A DNA stretch of 60,938 bases from a virus (taxonomy: Duplodnaviria > Caudoviricetes), in IMG/VR virus record IMGVR_UViG_3300020362_000267, positions 1 to 60,938 of that record; one strand, 5' to 3'. A program made the position numbers and the translations under genes. Positions within the stretch are counted from its first letter, which is position 1; each line of letters begins with the position of its first letter. This document shows positions 53,889 through 60,938 of this stretch, in pieces. The notes under the pieces were generated by a model. It was given only the letters and a program-made list of their open reading frames with translations, had not been told where the DNA came from and did no database searches.

Positions 53889-54105
53889 TGGTCTCTCCTA
53901 TCTCATACTGTAAACGTGTTAAATAAAACTGTGCTTTGGCAAGGTCCTCAGCAGGGTTGCCCTTGTGCTCGTACCGCCATATGTATTTGATTATCGCGCC
54001 CTGCAGGTAGTATTTGTAGCCCGGACCTAGAGCCGCTTTGATTGCATCAAGGCATTCTACCTTGCCAAGCGTGTAATGCTTGGGGCTGTTAACCATGTCG
54101 CTCAT
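53881..54105 (-). CDS. DUF3310 family protein (T7 gp1.7 nucleotide kinase-like)
   Basis: DMVNSPKHY...ECLDAI...KYIWR...EDLAKAQFYL. Confidence 0.8.
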   Translation of the reverse strand: MSDMVNSPKHYTLGKVECLDAIKAALGPGYKYYLQGAIIKYIWRYEHKGNPAEDLAKAQFYLTRLQYEIGETNE

Positions 54106-55634
54106 ATTTGGTAGCTCCTTATGCCGTCCATAGGCGAAACGATAAACAGGTTTTGCTTTGACCGTGTCACGCCTACATAAAATAAACGGTGTAGATCATC
54201 TAACATTCGGCGACCTTCGCGTGTGTCTGAAGATATAGATTGGTCAGATGCATTTGATATGTCTGTGTACAGAACAACATTGGTAGCCTCGCCGCCTTTT
54301 GTGCCGTGTATAGTAGAGACCTTGATCCGTGGTGCGCGGTTTAAGTCCTCTCCTCTACGAAGCAGAGCAGCGATATAGGTTTTGTTGTCTTCGGATATCT
54401 TGTCCATAGCCACGTCCCACGTCATGTCTTTAGTTGCAAGCAGCCCCATGTTTTCCTGCAAGCTGTCCAGCGTGAACATATCGTCAGCCTGTGTGTTAGG
54501 TAAATTTTTAAAACCTCGCTTTATGCGGGTGATAGATTTCATAAAGTAGTACAGGTCTTTCACCGCATTGGCAGTGACTTCTTCGCCTTTGACGAGGGAC
54601 TTCCAAGTATCCAAGGCAATAGCTAACTTCAAACTAATGCTTCTGTAGCCCCTGTTCTCGAAGTAAAAACCGTGTTGTTTCAACGATTCGCACACCTCGT
54701 TGAGCATATAGTTGCACTGAGCCATAATCATCCAATCGCCTTTTTTAAATTTTTCTATGTCAGGCTCAAATATGTGATGGACAGTGCCATCCTCTGGCTT
54801 TGGGTTATAATGCTTTGGGCGACGGACAGTGATACGACTGGCAATCCGCTGCGCTACCTTATGCACTGTGCGGGGCACACGATAGGATTGCGAAAGAACT
54901 TCTGACCCCTCTTCTACATTTAAAAAATGCTCAACGTCAGCCCCAGCCCATCTATAAATTGCTTGGTCATCATCGCCTGCGGCATACATACGTCTGGATT
55001 TTTCGTTAAGAACGTGGGCTATCTCCCACTGCAAAGGTGATAAATCCTGCGCTTCATCAAGAAATGTAACGTCAAAGCGTGGGCAGACCCGTGATCCGTT
55101 TTCAGAGAACCATTCTAATATGTCGGTGTAGTCATACAGGCGGTTTGCTTTCTTGTACTTGCGGTAACACTCATCTATGTATTTTACTGTCGTGAGCGGT
55201 TCCTCGATGCCACTATGCCTATATGTCTCGTCAATTACCTCTTTCTTGAGCCGTGAGAGCTGTATGAGCTGCATAATGGGGTTGTCCCTAGCTGCAGCAC
55301 CTATGTCGTCCTCCTCGCTCACTGACGAGGCTTTAAGGTTGAATCCAATCGTATTGCCTAGCTCAACTAGATGTTCTGATGCCAGAAGCTGGTCTCGTTT
55401 TATGTCTGACAGGTTGTAACAGAAGCTGTGCAGGGTACGAAAAAAGTACAAATCGTGCTCAGAATCTAGATTAAACCGTGACGCTGCACGTTCTCTGGCC
55501 TCCCGCGCTGCCTTACGAGTGAAAGCAAGGAAGGCTATTTGCCCTGGAGGCGTTCCGTTTTCTATGGATTTTTCAACCATATCAAGGAGCGTAGTTGTTT
55601 TGCCCGTACCTGGCGGGCCATATATCACAAACAT
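54102..55634 (-). CDS. UvrD/Rep-type superfamily 1 helicase
   Basis: GPPGTGKT, LDEAQD, GDDDQAIY, STIHGTKGGE and YVGVTRSK. Confidence 0.92.
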   Translation of the reverse strand: MFVIYGPPGTGKTTTLLDMVEKSIENGTPPGQIAFLAFTRKAAREARERAASRFNLDSEHDLYFFRTLHSFCYNLSDIKRDQLLASEHLVELGNTIGFNLKASSVSEEDDIGAAARDNPIMQLIQLSRLKKEVIDETYRHSGIEEPLTTVKYIDECYRKYKKANRLYDYTDILEWFSENGSRVCPRFDVTFLDEAQDLSPLQWEIAHVLNEKSRRMYAAGDDDQAIYRWAGADVEHFLNVEEGSEVLSQSYRVPRTVHKVAQRIASRITVRRPKHYNPKPEDGTVHHIFEPDIEKFKKGDWMIMAQCNYMLNEVCESLKQHGFYFENRGYRSISLKLAIALDTWKSLVKGEEVTANAVKDLYYFMKSITRIKRGFKNLPNTQADDMFTLDSLQENMGLLATKDMTWDVAMDKISEDNKTYIAALLRRGEDLNRAPRIKVSTIHGTKGGEATNVVLYTDISNASDQSISSDTREGRRMLDDLHRLFYVGVTRSKQNLFIVSPMDGIRSYQI

Positions 55635-57175
55635 CAGAAAGGTATATCCTGTTCATCCACCTCAAATTCTGGGGACTTCACTGTGGTGTTAGAGATTTCG
55701 TAGGCAGGGATGGCCCACACACGGACGACACGTCCGCTAATTCTTAGTATTGTAGATTCACCGCCGATGTCCCGCAACCTCTGTGAGATTTGGTGTGTCT
55801 TGAATTCAAAGAACCGCTGTCTTTTTAAAAAGTTCTCTAAGTCACGCAGCCGAAAGAAGGTCTGTTTTTTCTCTTCATCAGTCCACGGGCGACGCAGAAG
55901 GATCTCCTCTTTGTCCGCAGCGGTCTGCATGTTGCGGCAGAAGTCTTCCAAGTAATCATAGAACGCACCGTCAATGGACGAATCTTCTGACGCTTCCATG
56001 ACCCCACCTTCGGTCTCTGTCATGTCCCGCAGCAATGCTGCAACACGGTTCTCCCAGATGTTCTTACTGACAGTAGGTGGCATGACGTTAAGCTGTTCGA
56101 TACAGCTCTTCTGAAACGCAGCTTGGCTCTGCAGGCCCTCTGTAGATAACTCCAGTGGCTCGCCATTTACGTCCATGAACCAGATGGGCGGCTTTGAATT
56201 GTATTTGCGTAAGTTTGCAACAGAGGCAGATTGCCCGACGTTGCCTACACCATACTTCCGGGTCAGGCACTTGTCCTTGTCACAGAACTCATTGATAGGG
56301 GCGTCTGAGCATTTGTACTGGTAGTCCTTACGGTTGAGCTGCCTGACCAATATGTTGACCTCTGCCAAGGGCAGCGGTGGGTCAAAGTGCGCCATGTTAT
56401 ATTGCATCAGCTCATTCTCCCATGTATCTGGGAACGCTTTGCGTAAGTAAACACCAACATTGAAAAGACCATTGTTGCGAGTGCCCTCTGGAAAGCCTTG
56501 GTTGCATAGATGTTGCAGACAAGGTGGGCCATCTTTAATCGGTGTGCGGTCCTGTTTCTCTACGCTCAGAGCTTCTATCTGCTCTACTGTTTGGACAGCC
56601 GCTTCATACAAACCGAAGAACTCTTCGAGAGTGGCAGCGGAACCATCTGCCTTAAATGCATAGCGCAAACTCTCTTCATGGTTATAGTAGGGAAGGTTAA
56701 GAAAGTTTCCGACATCTCCCCTATCGAGTTGTAGTTTAATCTGCTTTGGAAAAATTTCGCTTCCAGCATAACCCAATGCTGCTGAAATAGAGGTAAGCGT
56801 ATCTTGTAGAATTTTTGCACTAATCCAATCTTTAGAAAAAAGAAAAACATGTGCACCCCCTGATTTAGAACGACACACAACCAAAGGCAGCTTCATCTCT
56901 ACAATCTTGTCCAACAGCTCTTTGTGGTTGAAGCCAGTGTACTGGTCTATGTCGATACAGCCCCATTTGCAGTTGTTGTCAGCATTGATGGGAATGATAC
57001 CAATTGCTGGGCCCTTGCCAGACAAATGACCTTCCCATGTTTGTGCAGTCCTGGGAGAACGCAAAACACTGGCTTGACCTGACTGCTTGCCATTGACCTG
57101 CTGTTTCTGGATCTCGTAGGTGCCATACGCCTCTTCGAGCCCAGAGAATATTTTTGAGAATTTATCTGCGGACAT
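55634..57175 (-). CDS. Archaeo-eukaryotic-type primase/primase-polymerase with PriCT-like domain
   Basis: WGCIDID, RSKSGGAHVFLF, NLPY and EGTRNNGLF. Confidence 0.8.
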   Translation of the reverse strand: MSADKFSKIFSGLEEAYGTYEIQKQQVNGKQSGQASVLRSPRTAQTWEGHLSGKGPAIGIIPINADNNCKWGCIDIDQYTGFNHKELLDKIVEMKLPLVVCRSKSGGAHVFLFSKDWISAKILQDTLTSISAALGYAGSEIFPKQIKLQLDRGDVGNFLNLPYYNHEESLRYAFKADGSAATLEEFFGLYEAAVQTVEQIEALSVEKQDRTPIKDGPPCLQHLCNQGFPEGTRNNGLFNVGVYLRKAFPDTWENELMQYNMAHFDPPLPLAEVNILVRQLNRKDYQYKCSDAPINEFCDKDKCLTRKYGVGNVGQSASVANLRKYNSKPPIWFMDVNGEPLELSTEGLQSQAAFQKSCIEQLNVMPPTVSKNIWENRVAALLRDMTETEGGVMEASEDSSIDGAFYDYLEDFCRNMQTAADKEEILLRRPWTDEEKKQTFFRLRDLENFLKRQRFFEFKTHQISQRLRDIGGESTILRISGRVVRVWAIPAYEISNTTVKSPEFEVDEQDIPF

Positions 57176-57195
57176 ATCACCCCCCAAACAAAAGT

Positions 57196-57224
57196 CCTCT
57201 GGTCAGCACACTACTGACCAGAGG
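57196..57224 (-). terminator. Hairpin/attenuating terminator between the SSB-like gene and primase
   Basis: CCTCTGGTCAG/CTGACCAGAGG 11-bp stem followed by ACTTTTGTTT on the minus strand. Confidence 0.6.
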
Positions 57225-57237
57225 TGATGTTATTTGT

Positions 57238-58062
57238 TTAGAATGGTAGATCGCCGTCTGAGTCGTCAGCAGTCTCTCCACGAGATTCTCCAGTATCTTC
57301 AGCAGGTACAGGATCATGCTCATGTTTGACTGTAACTTCACCCTTTTCAATAGAGGCGTTAAACTCTTTCGCCGCTTTATACTGGTGCTTTTCAGATATT
57401 GGGCCATCGAGGCTCATTTCCCAACCGTGCCAACTTCCTTTGCTGTTTTCTTCGCTCACAGTCTTCAAAAGATAAATGTGGCTAAACATCGGCGGCGTGA
57501 AGGGTCCGTTTTCCCCATTCATCTCACGCGACATAATCATGCTCATCCACTTACGAGACTTTTTGAGTTGTGTAGATTTCATTGCAATCAACGCATTGGT
57601 CATGCCGCCCTCTGGGTTTATAACTTTGACATACCACTGAGCTGTCTGCTCAACATAATCACCTGACCCGTCATCGACATATTCTTTATTGTCATTTGGG
57701 TCTCTATTTGTTTTAGGCAAATTTGGGTCATTAGGCTCGTGTATCATTACTGGTGCCGCGATACCCGTGCCTCGTGGTTGCCACCGTATGAACTTACGCT
57801 GATAAGCGCACGGTATAACCTTAATGCCGTCTTTGCCTTTATAGACTTCACCTGTAACAGTATTAACGATATCGCCTTTGCGTACATCGTCACGCTCATC
57901 AAGAATACCGTCCAAGCCAGATACAATTTTCAAGAAAGGCAAAGCCATATCTTCATTAGATACATTCTGGATACCTGCGCTTGCGTCTGCCTCAAACATA
58001 GAAGTGTCGAACTCCGCTACCGCAGTTGCCTGCTCCTTTTTTACAACTTGCTTTTCAGTCAT
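57238..58062 (-). CDS. Putative single-stranded DNA-binding protein (start MTEKQ)
   Basis: Replication module position, acidic tail ending DDSDGDLPF, GGAGG Shine-Dalgarno. The track's extension to 58320 lies within the upstream gene. Confidence 0.65.
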   Translation of the reverse strand: MTEKQVVKKEQATAVAEFDTSMFEADASAGIQNVSNEDMALPFLKIVSGLDGILDERDDVRKGDIVNTVTGEVYKGKDGIKVIPCAYQRKFIRWQPRGTGIAAPVMIHEPNDPNLPKTNRDPNDNKEYVDDGSGDYVEQTAQWYVKVINPEGGMTNALIAMKSTQLKKSRKWMSMIMSREMNGENGPFTPPMFSHIYLLKTVSEENSKGSWHGWEMSLDGPISEKHQYKAAKEFNASIEKGEVTVKHEHDPVPAEDTGESRGETADDSDGDLPF

Positions 58063-58640
58063 TTTTTTGCCTCCTTGATTAATGCCCGTTGACCGATATG
58101 TGCCCCAAATAACTCCATAGGGAAAGGCTCGCCTTTTTCTGTTTGGTCTTTTACCCAAGCTCTCAGTGTTGATGAGTGGACGCTTTCTGCCTGTTCTGGC
58201 GATAAGCCCTGTTCTGAGACCTTTGACAGAAATTCTGCTGCTTTTTGGTCTTCCCCCATGCCGAAGTTTACTGACACGATATTTTTTACCATGTCCCCAT
58301 GTCCATTCTGCCGCAACCATTCAAATGCCTCCTCTCTTTTGTCCACTGGTATTGATGCTCCATACGTTTTTTTGATTTCAACTTCAGAACCATCTTGCAG
58401 CTTAAAAGAAGATACACCCATTTCCATAAGCATTTGTGGCAGCTCATGGTCAGACATTTTATACAAATCTTTCTTCGCCTCTCTAACCTTTTCTTCAAGA
58501 TTCTTGACGAGATTTTGTTGGTCTGTAATTTGTTGGGCTAATTTTGCGACACCTTTCAGATTGCTATCATCAAACGTGCCAAGCGGTGATTTGGAAGGGG
58601 ACTTTGTATCCTCTTCCATCAGAGACGTTAAGTCACTCAT
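58059..58640 (-). CDS. Replication-module protein (coiled coil plus AFEWLR...VHSSTLRAWVK domain)
   Basis: AGGAG Shine-Dalgarno; overlaps the SSB start. Confidence 0.65.
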   Translation of the reverse strand: MSDLTSLMEEDTKSPSKSPLGTFDDSNLKGVAKLAQQITDQQNLVKNLEEKVREAKKDLYKMSDHELPQMLMEMGVSSFKLQDGSEVEIKKTYGASIPVDKREEAFEWLRQNGHGDMVKNIVSVNFGMGEDQKAAEFLSKVSEQGLSPEQAESVHSSTLRAWVKDQTEKGEPFPMELFGAHIGQRALIKEAKK

Positions 58641-58678
58641 TTCTTTCTCCTGTCGTCGTTGAGTGTTTATTTAAACAC

Positions 58679-58718
58679 TTGATATATCCTATATAGCCGT
58701 ATATATTTATATAGTCAA
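58679..58718. promoter_or_regulatory. Overlapping divergent promoters for the replication operon and SNF2 gene
   Basis: Plus strand TTGATA-17-TATATT; minus strand TTGACT-17-TATATA. Confidence 0.55.
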
Positions 58719-58728
58719 GGAGATAAAT

Positions 58729-60183
58729 ATGCAAAAATATAAGTTCAAAACCAAACCGTATGAGCATCAGAAAACGGTTTTGGAAGATTCGTGGTCCGCG
58801 AGCAATTATGCTTTGTTCATGGAAATGGGTACAGGCAAATCGAAGATTGCAATAGACACCATTGGAGCTTTGTTTGAGGACGGTAAGATCGACACAGCGT
58901 TCATTGTTGCTCCAAAAGGCGTATTTCACAACTGGTCACAAAAAGAAATTGTAGCGCATTTGCCAGACCACATACAGCGCAAGGTTCTTAGTTGGCAACC
59001 TAACATTACAAAAACTTTTAGAAGTCAGTTTGAAGAGTTTTGTAAGGATACTGATGAGCTGCGTATATTTGTTATGAACGTAGAAGCGTTTAGCACGAGT
59101 AAAGGAGCTACGACGGCTGAATGGTTTGGGAAGAATTTCGGTGAAAAGGGTATGATGGTTGTTGATGAGTCTACAACAATAAAAAACCGAAAAGCTGCCC
59201 GGACTAAAGCTGTTGTGAAGACGGGGGAGTTATTCGCATATAGGCGTCTCCTGACAGGCTCCCCCGTCACCAAATCACCTATGGACCTTTACTCTCAGTG
59301 TGAGTTTTTGGGCCAAAGCATGTTGGGTTTTCCAAGTTATTTCGCGTTCCAGGGTAGATATGCGGTTCTGCAAAGACGCACAATGGGGCATAGATCTTTC
59401 CAACAAATCGTTGGCTTTCAAAGATTAGAAGAGCTCAATGCCAAGCTCGATGTATTCAGCAGGCGTATTCTGAAAAAAGAATGTTTGGACCTGCCCGAAA
59501 AGATATATGTCAGACGAGAGGTGGACCTTACAGACGAGCAGAAAAAACTGTATACACAGATGTCAAAGCTTGCACTTGCTCAATTGCGGGACGGCAGTCT
59601 GGTCAGCACTAACAATGTTTTGACACAAATTATGCGCTTACAGCAGATTTGCTGTGGGTTTATTAAAAATGATGATGACTTGATTAGTGAAGTAAAATCC
59701 AATCGACTTCACGAGCTTGTGAATATCTGTGAAGAAACCACAGGAAAAGTCATTATATGGGCGACTTTTGTTCACGATATTGAAAAAATTTGTGACATGC
59801 TCACAAAAGAATTTGGCATAGAAAGTTTTGGTGCGTTTTACGGGGCAACCGCGCAGGAGCAAAGGCAAGAGATTGTAGATCAGTTTCAAGACCCCAATTC
59901 AAACATGCGCTTCTTCGTAGGCAACAGCCGCACGGGTGGGTTTGGTTTGACCCTGACAGAGGCCAGCACCGTGGTGTATTACAGCAATAATTATGACCTC
60001 GAAATACGGCTGCAGTCAGAAGATAGAGCGCATCGCATTGGTCAAAAGAATAACGTGACTTACGTGGACCTCGTCAGCCCTAAAACAATTGACGACAAGA
60101 TATTGACGGCTTTGCAAAATAAACAGAACATTGCAAATATGGTACTGGGGGAGGAGTTGAAGGAATGGTTCAATACAGAGTAG
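58729..60183 (+). CDS. SNF2-family (SF2) helicase
   Basis: MEMGTGKS, VVDEST, LTGSP, GFGLTLT and QSEDRAHRIGQ. Confidence 0.92.
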   Translation: MQKYKFKTKPYEHQKTVLEDSWSASNYALFMEMGTGKSKIAIDTIGALFEDGKIDTAFIVAPKGVFHNWSQKEIVAHLPDHIQRKVLSWQPNITKTFRSQFEEFCKDTDELRIFVMNVEAFSTSKGATTAEWFGKNFGEKGMMVVDESTTIKNRKAARTKAVVKTGELFAYRRLLTGSPVTKSPMDLYSQCEFLGQSMLGFPSYFAFQGRYAVLQRRTMGHRSFQQIVGFQRLEELNAKLDVFSRRILKKECLDLPEKIYVRREVDLTDEQKKLYTQMSKLALAQLRDGSLVSTNNVLTQIMRLQQICCGFIKNDDDLISEVKSNRLHELVNICEETTGKVIIWATFVHDIEKICDMLTKEFGIESFGAFYGATAQEQRQEIVDQFQDPNSNMRFFVGNSRTGGFGLTLTEASTVVYYSNNYDLEIRLQSEDRAHRIGQKNNVTYVDLVSPKTIDDKILTALQNKQNIANMVLGEELKEWFNTE

Positions 60184-60356
60184 AAGATGGGCCTATTAAG
60201 AAAGCTTTGGACACGGGCCGTTGTCCGCGTTGCTTGTGCCAGATGCAGCCCGTAGATGTTCATGGGCATCAACAATGCGCTGTGTGCAAATTTTATATTG
60301 TTGAATGTTGTGACGGCGAAACGTGTTCAACTAGTAATGCGGTTCAAGAAGCTTAA
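60165..60356 (+). CDS. Small zinc-ribbon protein
   Basis: CPRC...VHGH.QC..C...ECCDGE. Confidence 0.55.
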   Translation: MVQYRVEDGPIKKALDTGRCPRCLCQMQPVDVHGHQQCAVCKFYIVECCDGETCSTSNAVQEA

Positions 60357-60938
60357 AAATTCTCCCGCCCCCATGTCTTTACCTTGAAGTGGCCTTCTAA
60401 ACTCAATACGCGGATTGTCAGGGTCTAATGTAAATTCTAAATCGCCTCCAAAAACTTTAGTTGAGGCACGAGGACCACCACTCGTCGCCATTTCCATTAG
60501 TTCCGAAAGGGTGGGATAGTCCAAACCAGCTAATGCTGTGCTATCTCTCAAATCTCTTGTTGGGGCTTGCGACTGTTCATACGGGCCAAGCTCTGGTTCA
60601 GGTGCGAATAGCTCTAGGAAATCTTGACGGCTTAAACCAACATTAGGAGCGTTTCTTGGGAAATCTTGACGGCTTAAACCAACATTAGGAGCGTTTACTA
60701 ACTCAGGTGGTTTTGCCGCTATAGAATCTAACTCTTCTGAAGGAAATAAGCTCTGGAATGAAATTGTGTCTATCTCATCCATAGGGCGAGAAGTAACGGT
60801 GTCAATCTCAGTCACTGGTGAATCAAAACGACGACCTATAGGTGTGGGCACGTCTACTACACGAGATTCTCTCAACATTTCTGCCGTTGTGTTATCAGAA
60901 AGTCTTGAGTCGCTTTCCGCAGGCATACCTTCAGCAGG
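60327..60938 (-). CDS. 3' part of the origin-spanning protein that starts at 918
   Basis: Frame is open to the window end and matches the frame at positions 1-918. Confidence 0.8.
   Translation of the reverse strand, partial: PAEGMPAESDSRLSDNTTAEMLRESRVVDVPTPIGRRFDSPVTEIDTVTSRPMDEIDTISFQSLFPSEELDSIAAKPPELVNAPNVGLSRQDFPRNAPNVGLSRQDFLELFAPEPELGPYEQSQAPTRDLRDSTALAGLDYPTLSELMEMATSGGPRASTKVFGGDLEFTLDPDNPRIEFRRPLQGKDMGAGEFLSFLNRITS
60617..60696 (+). repeat. Tandem duplication, 38 bp identical, 42-bp period (NAPNVGLSRQDF twice)
   Basis: Identical copies at 60617-60654 and 60659-60696. Confidence 0.9.

Larger units (their letters stand above)
1..60938. mobile_element. Complete, circularly permuted tailed phage genome (podovirus-like; organisation similar to marine HTVC023P-type phages)
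   Basis: TerL, TerS, portal, major capsid, tail, lysozyme and PolA/primase/helicase modules are all present. The ends share 9 nt and one ORF is continuous across them. No host genes flank the sequence. Confidence 0.92.

Noticed and set aside
40288..55634. Inteins or introns in terL, polA or the UvrD helicase
   Set aside because: Lengths are ordinary, motifs are contiguous, and I saw no splicing or homing endonuclease signatures.
58063..58320. N-terminal extension of the 360-aa ORF
   Set aside because: It overlaps the 193-aa gene in another frame; a strong GGAGG precedes the ATG at 58062.
1..60938. tRNA genes, alternative genetic code, or auxiliary metabolic genes
   Set aside because: No cloverleaf was seen by eye in the few intergenic gaps (tRNAscan not run), genes are intact under the standard code, and no photosynthesis or nutrient genes were recognised.

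Overview
The window looks like a complete, circularly permuted genome of a lytic-type tailed dsDNA phage with podovirus-like architecture. The first and last 9 nt are identical (TTCAGCAGG), and a minus-strand gene reads in frame across the junction. Gene content resembles, from memory and not from a search, marine HTVC023P-type alphaproteobacterial phages. A long minus-strand late arm (about 41.9 kb down to 1, continuing to 60.3 kb) encodes TerL, a large polyvalent metallopeptidase/ADP-ribosyltransferase protein, portal, membrane proteins, GroES, scaffold, major capsid, a cluster of tiny very basic proteins, tail and adaptor proteins, an array of paralogous receptor-binding modules, ejection proteins and a GH108 lysozyme. 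A 42-47 kb region has promoter-gene-terminator cassettes, including a DUF932-like protein and a rearranged Cys-rich GP88/DUF7227-like protein. Next come TerS, an AT-rich iteron/operator region, a Mom/XF1762-like GNAT gene and an adenine methyltransferase. The replication module has PolA, UvrD, primase, an SSB-like protein and an SNF2 helicase. I saw no integrase, RNA polymerase, tRNA or CRISPR. The most unusual signals are: (1) a shared hydrophobic-x-x-G-G tag on predicted internal virion proteins, with a tape-measure-type 'GEFV' domain as candidate reader or protease; (2) a dispersed, strand-polarised 7-bp-period CCGTG tandem motif that inverts near 42.2 kb; (3) local AGCT enrichment around the rearranged Fe-S gene; (4) a triple operator abutting the promoter of the Mom-like gene. 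All family assignments come from motif recognition by eye.
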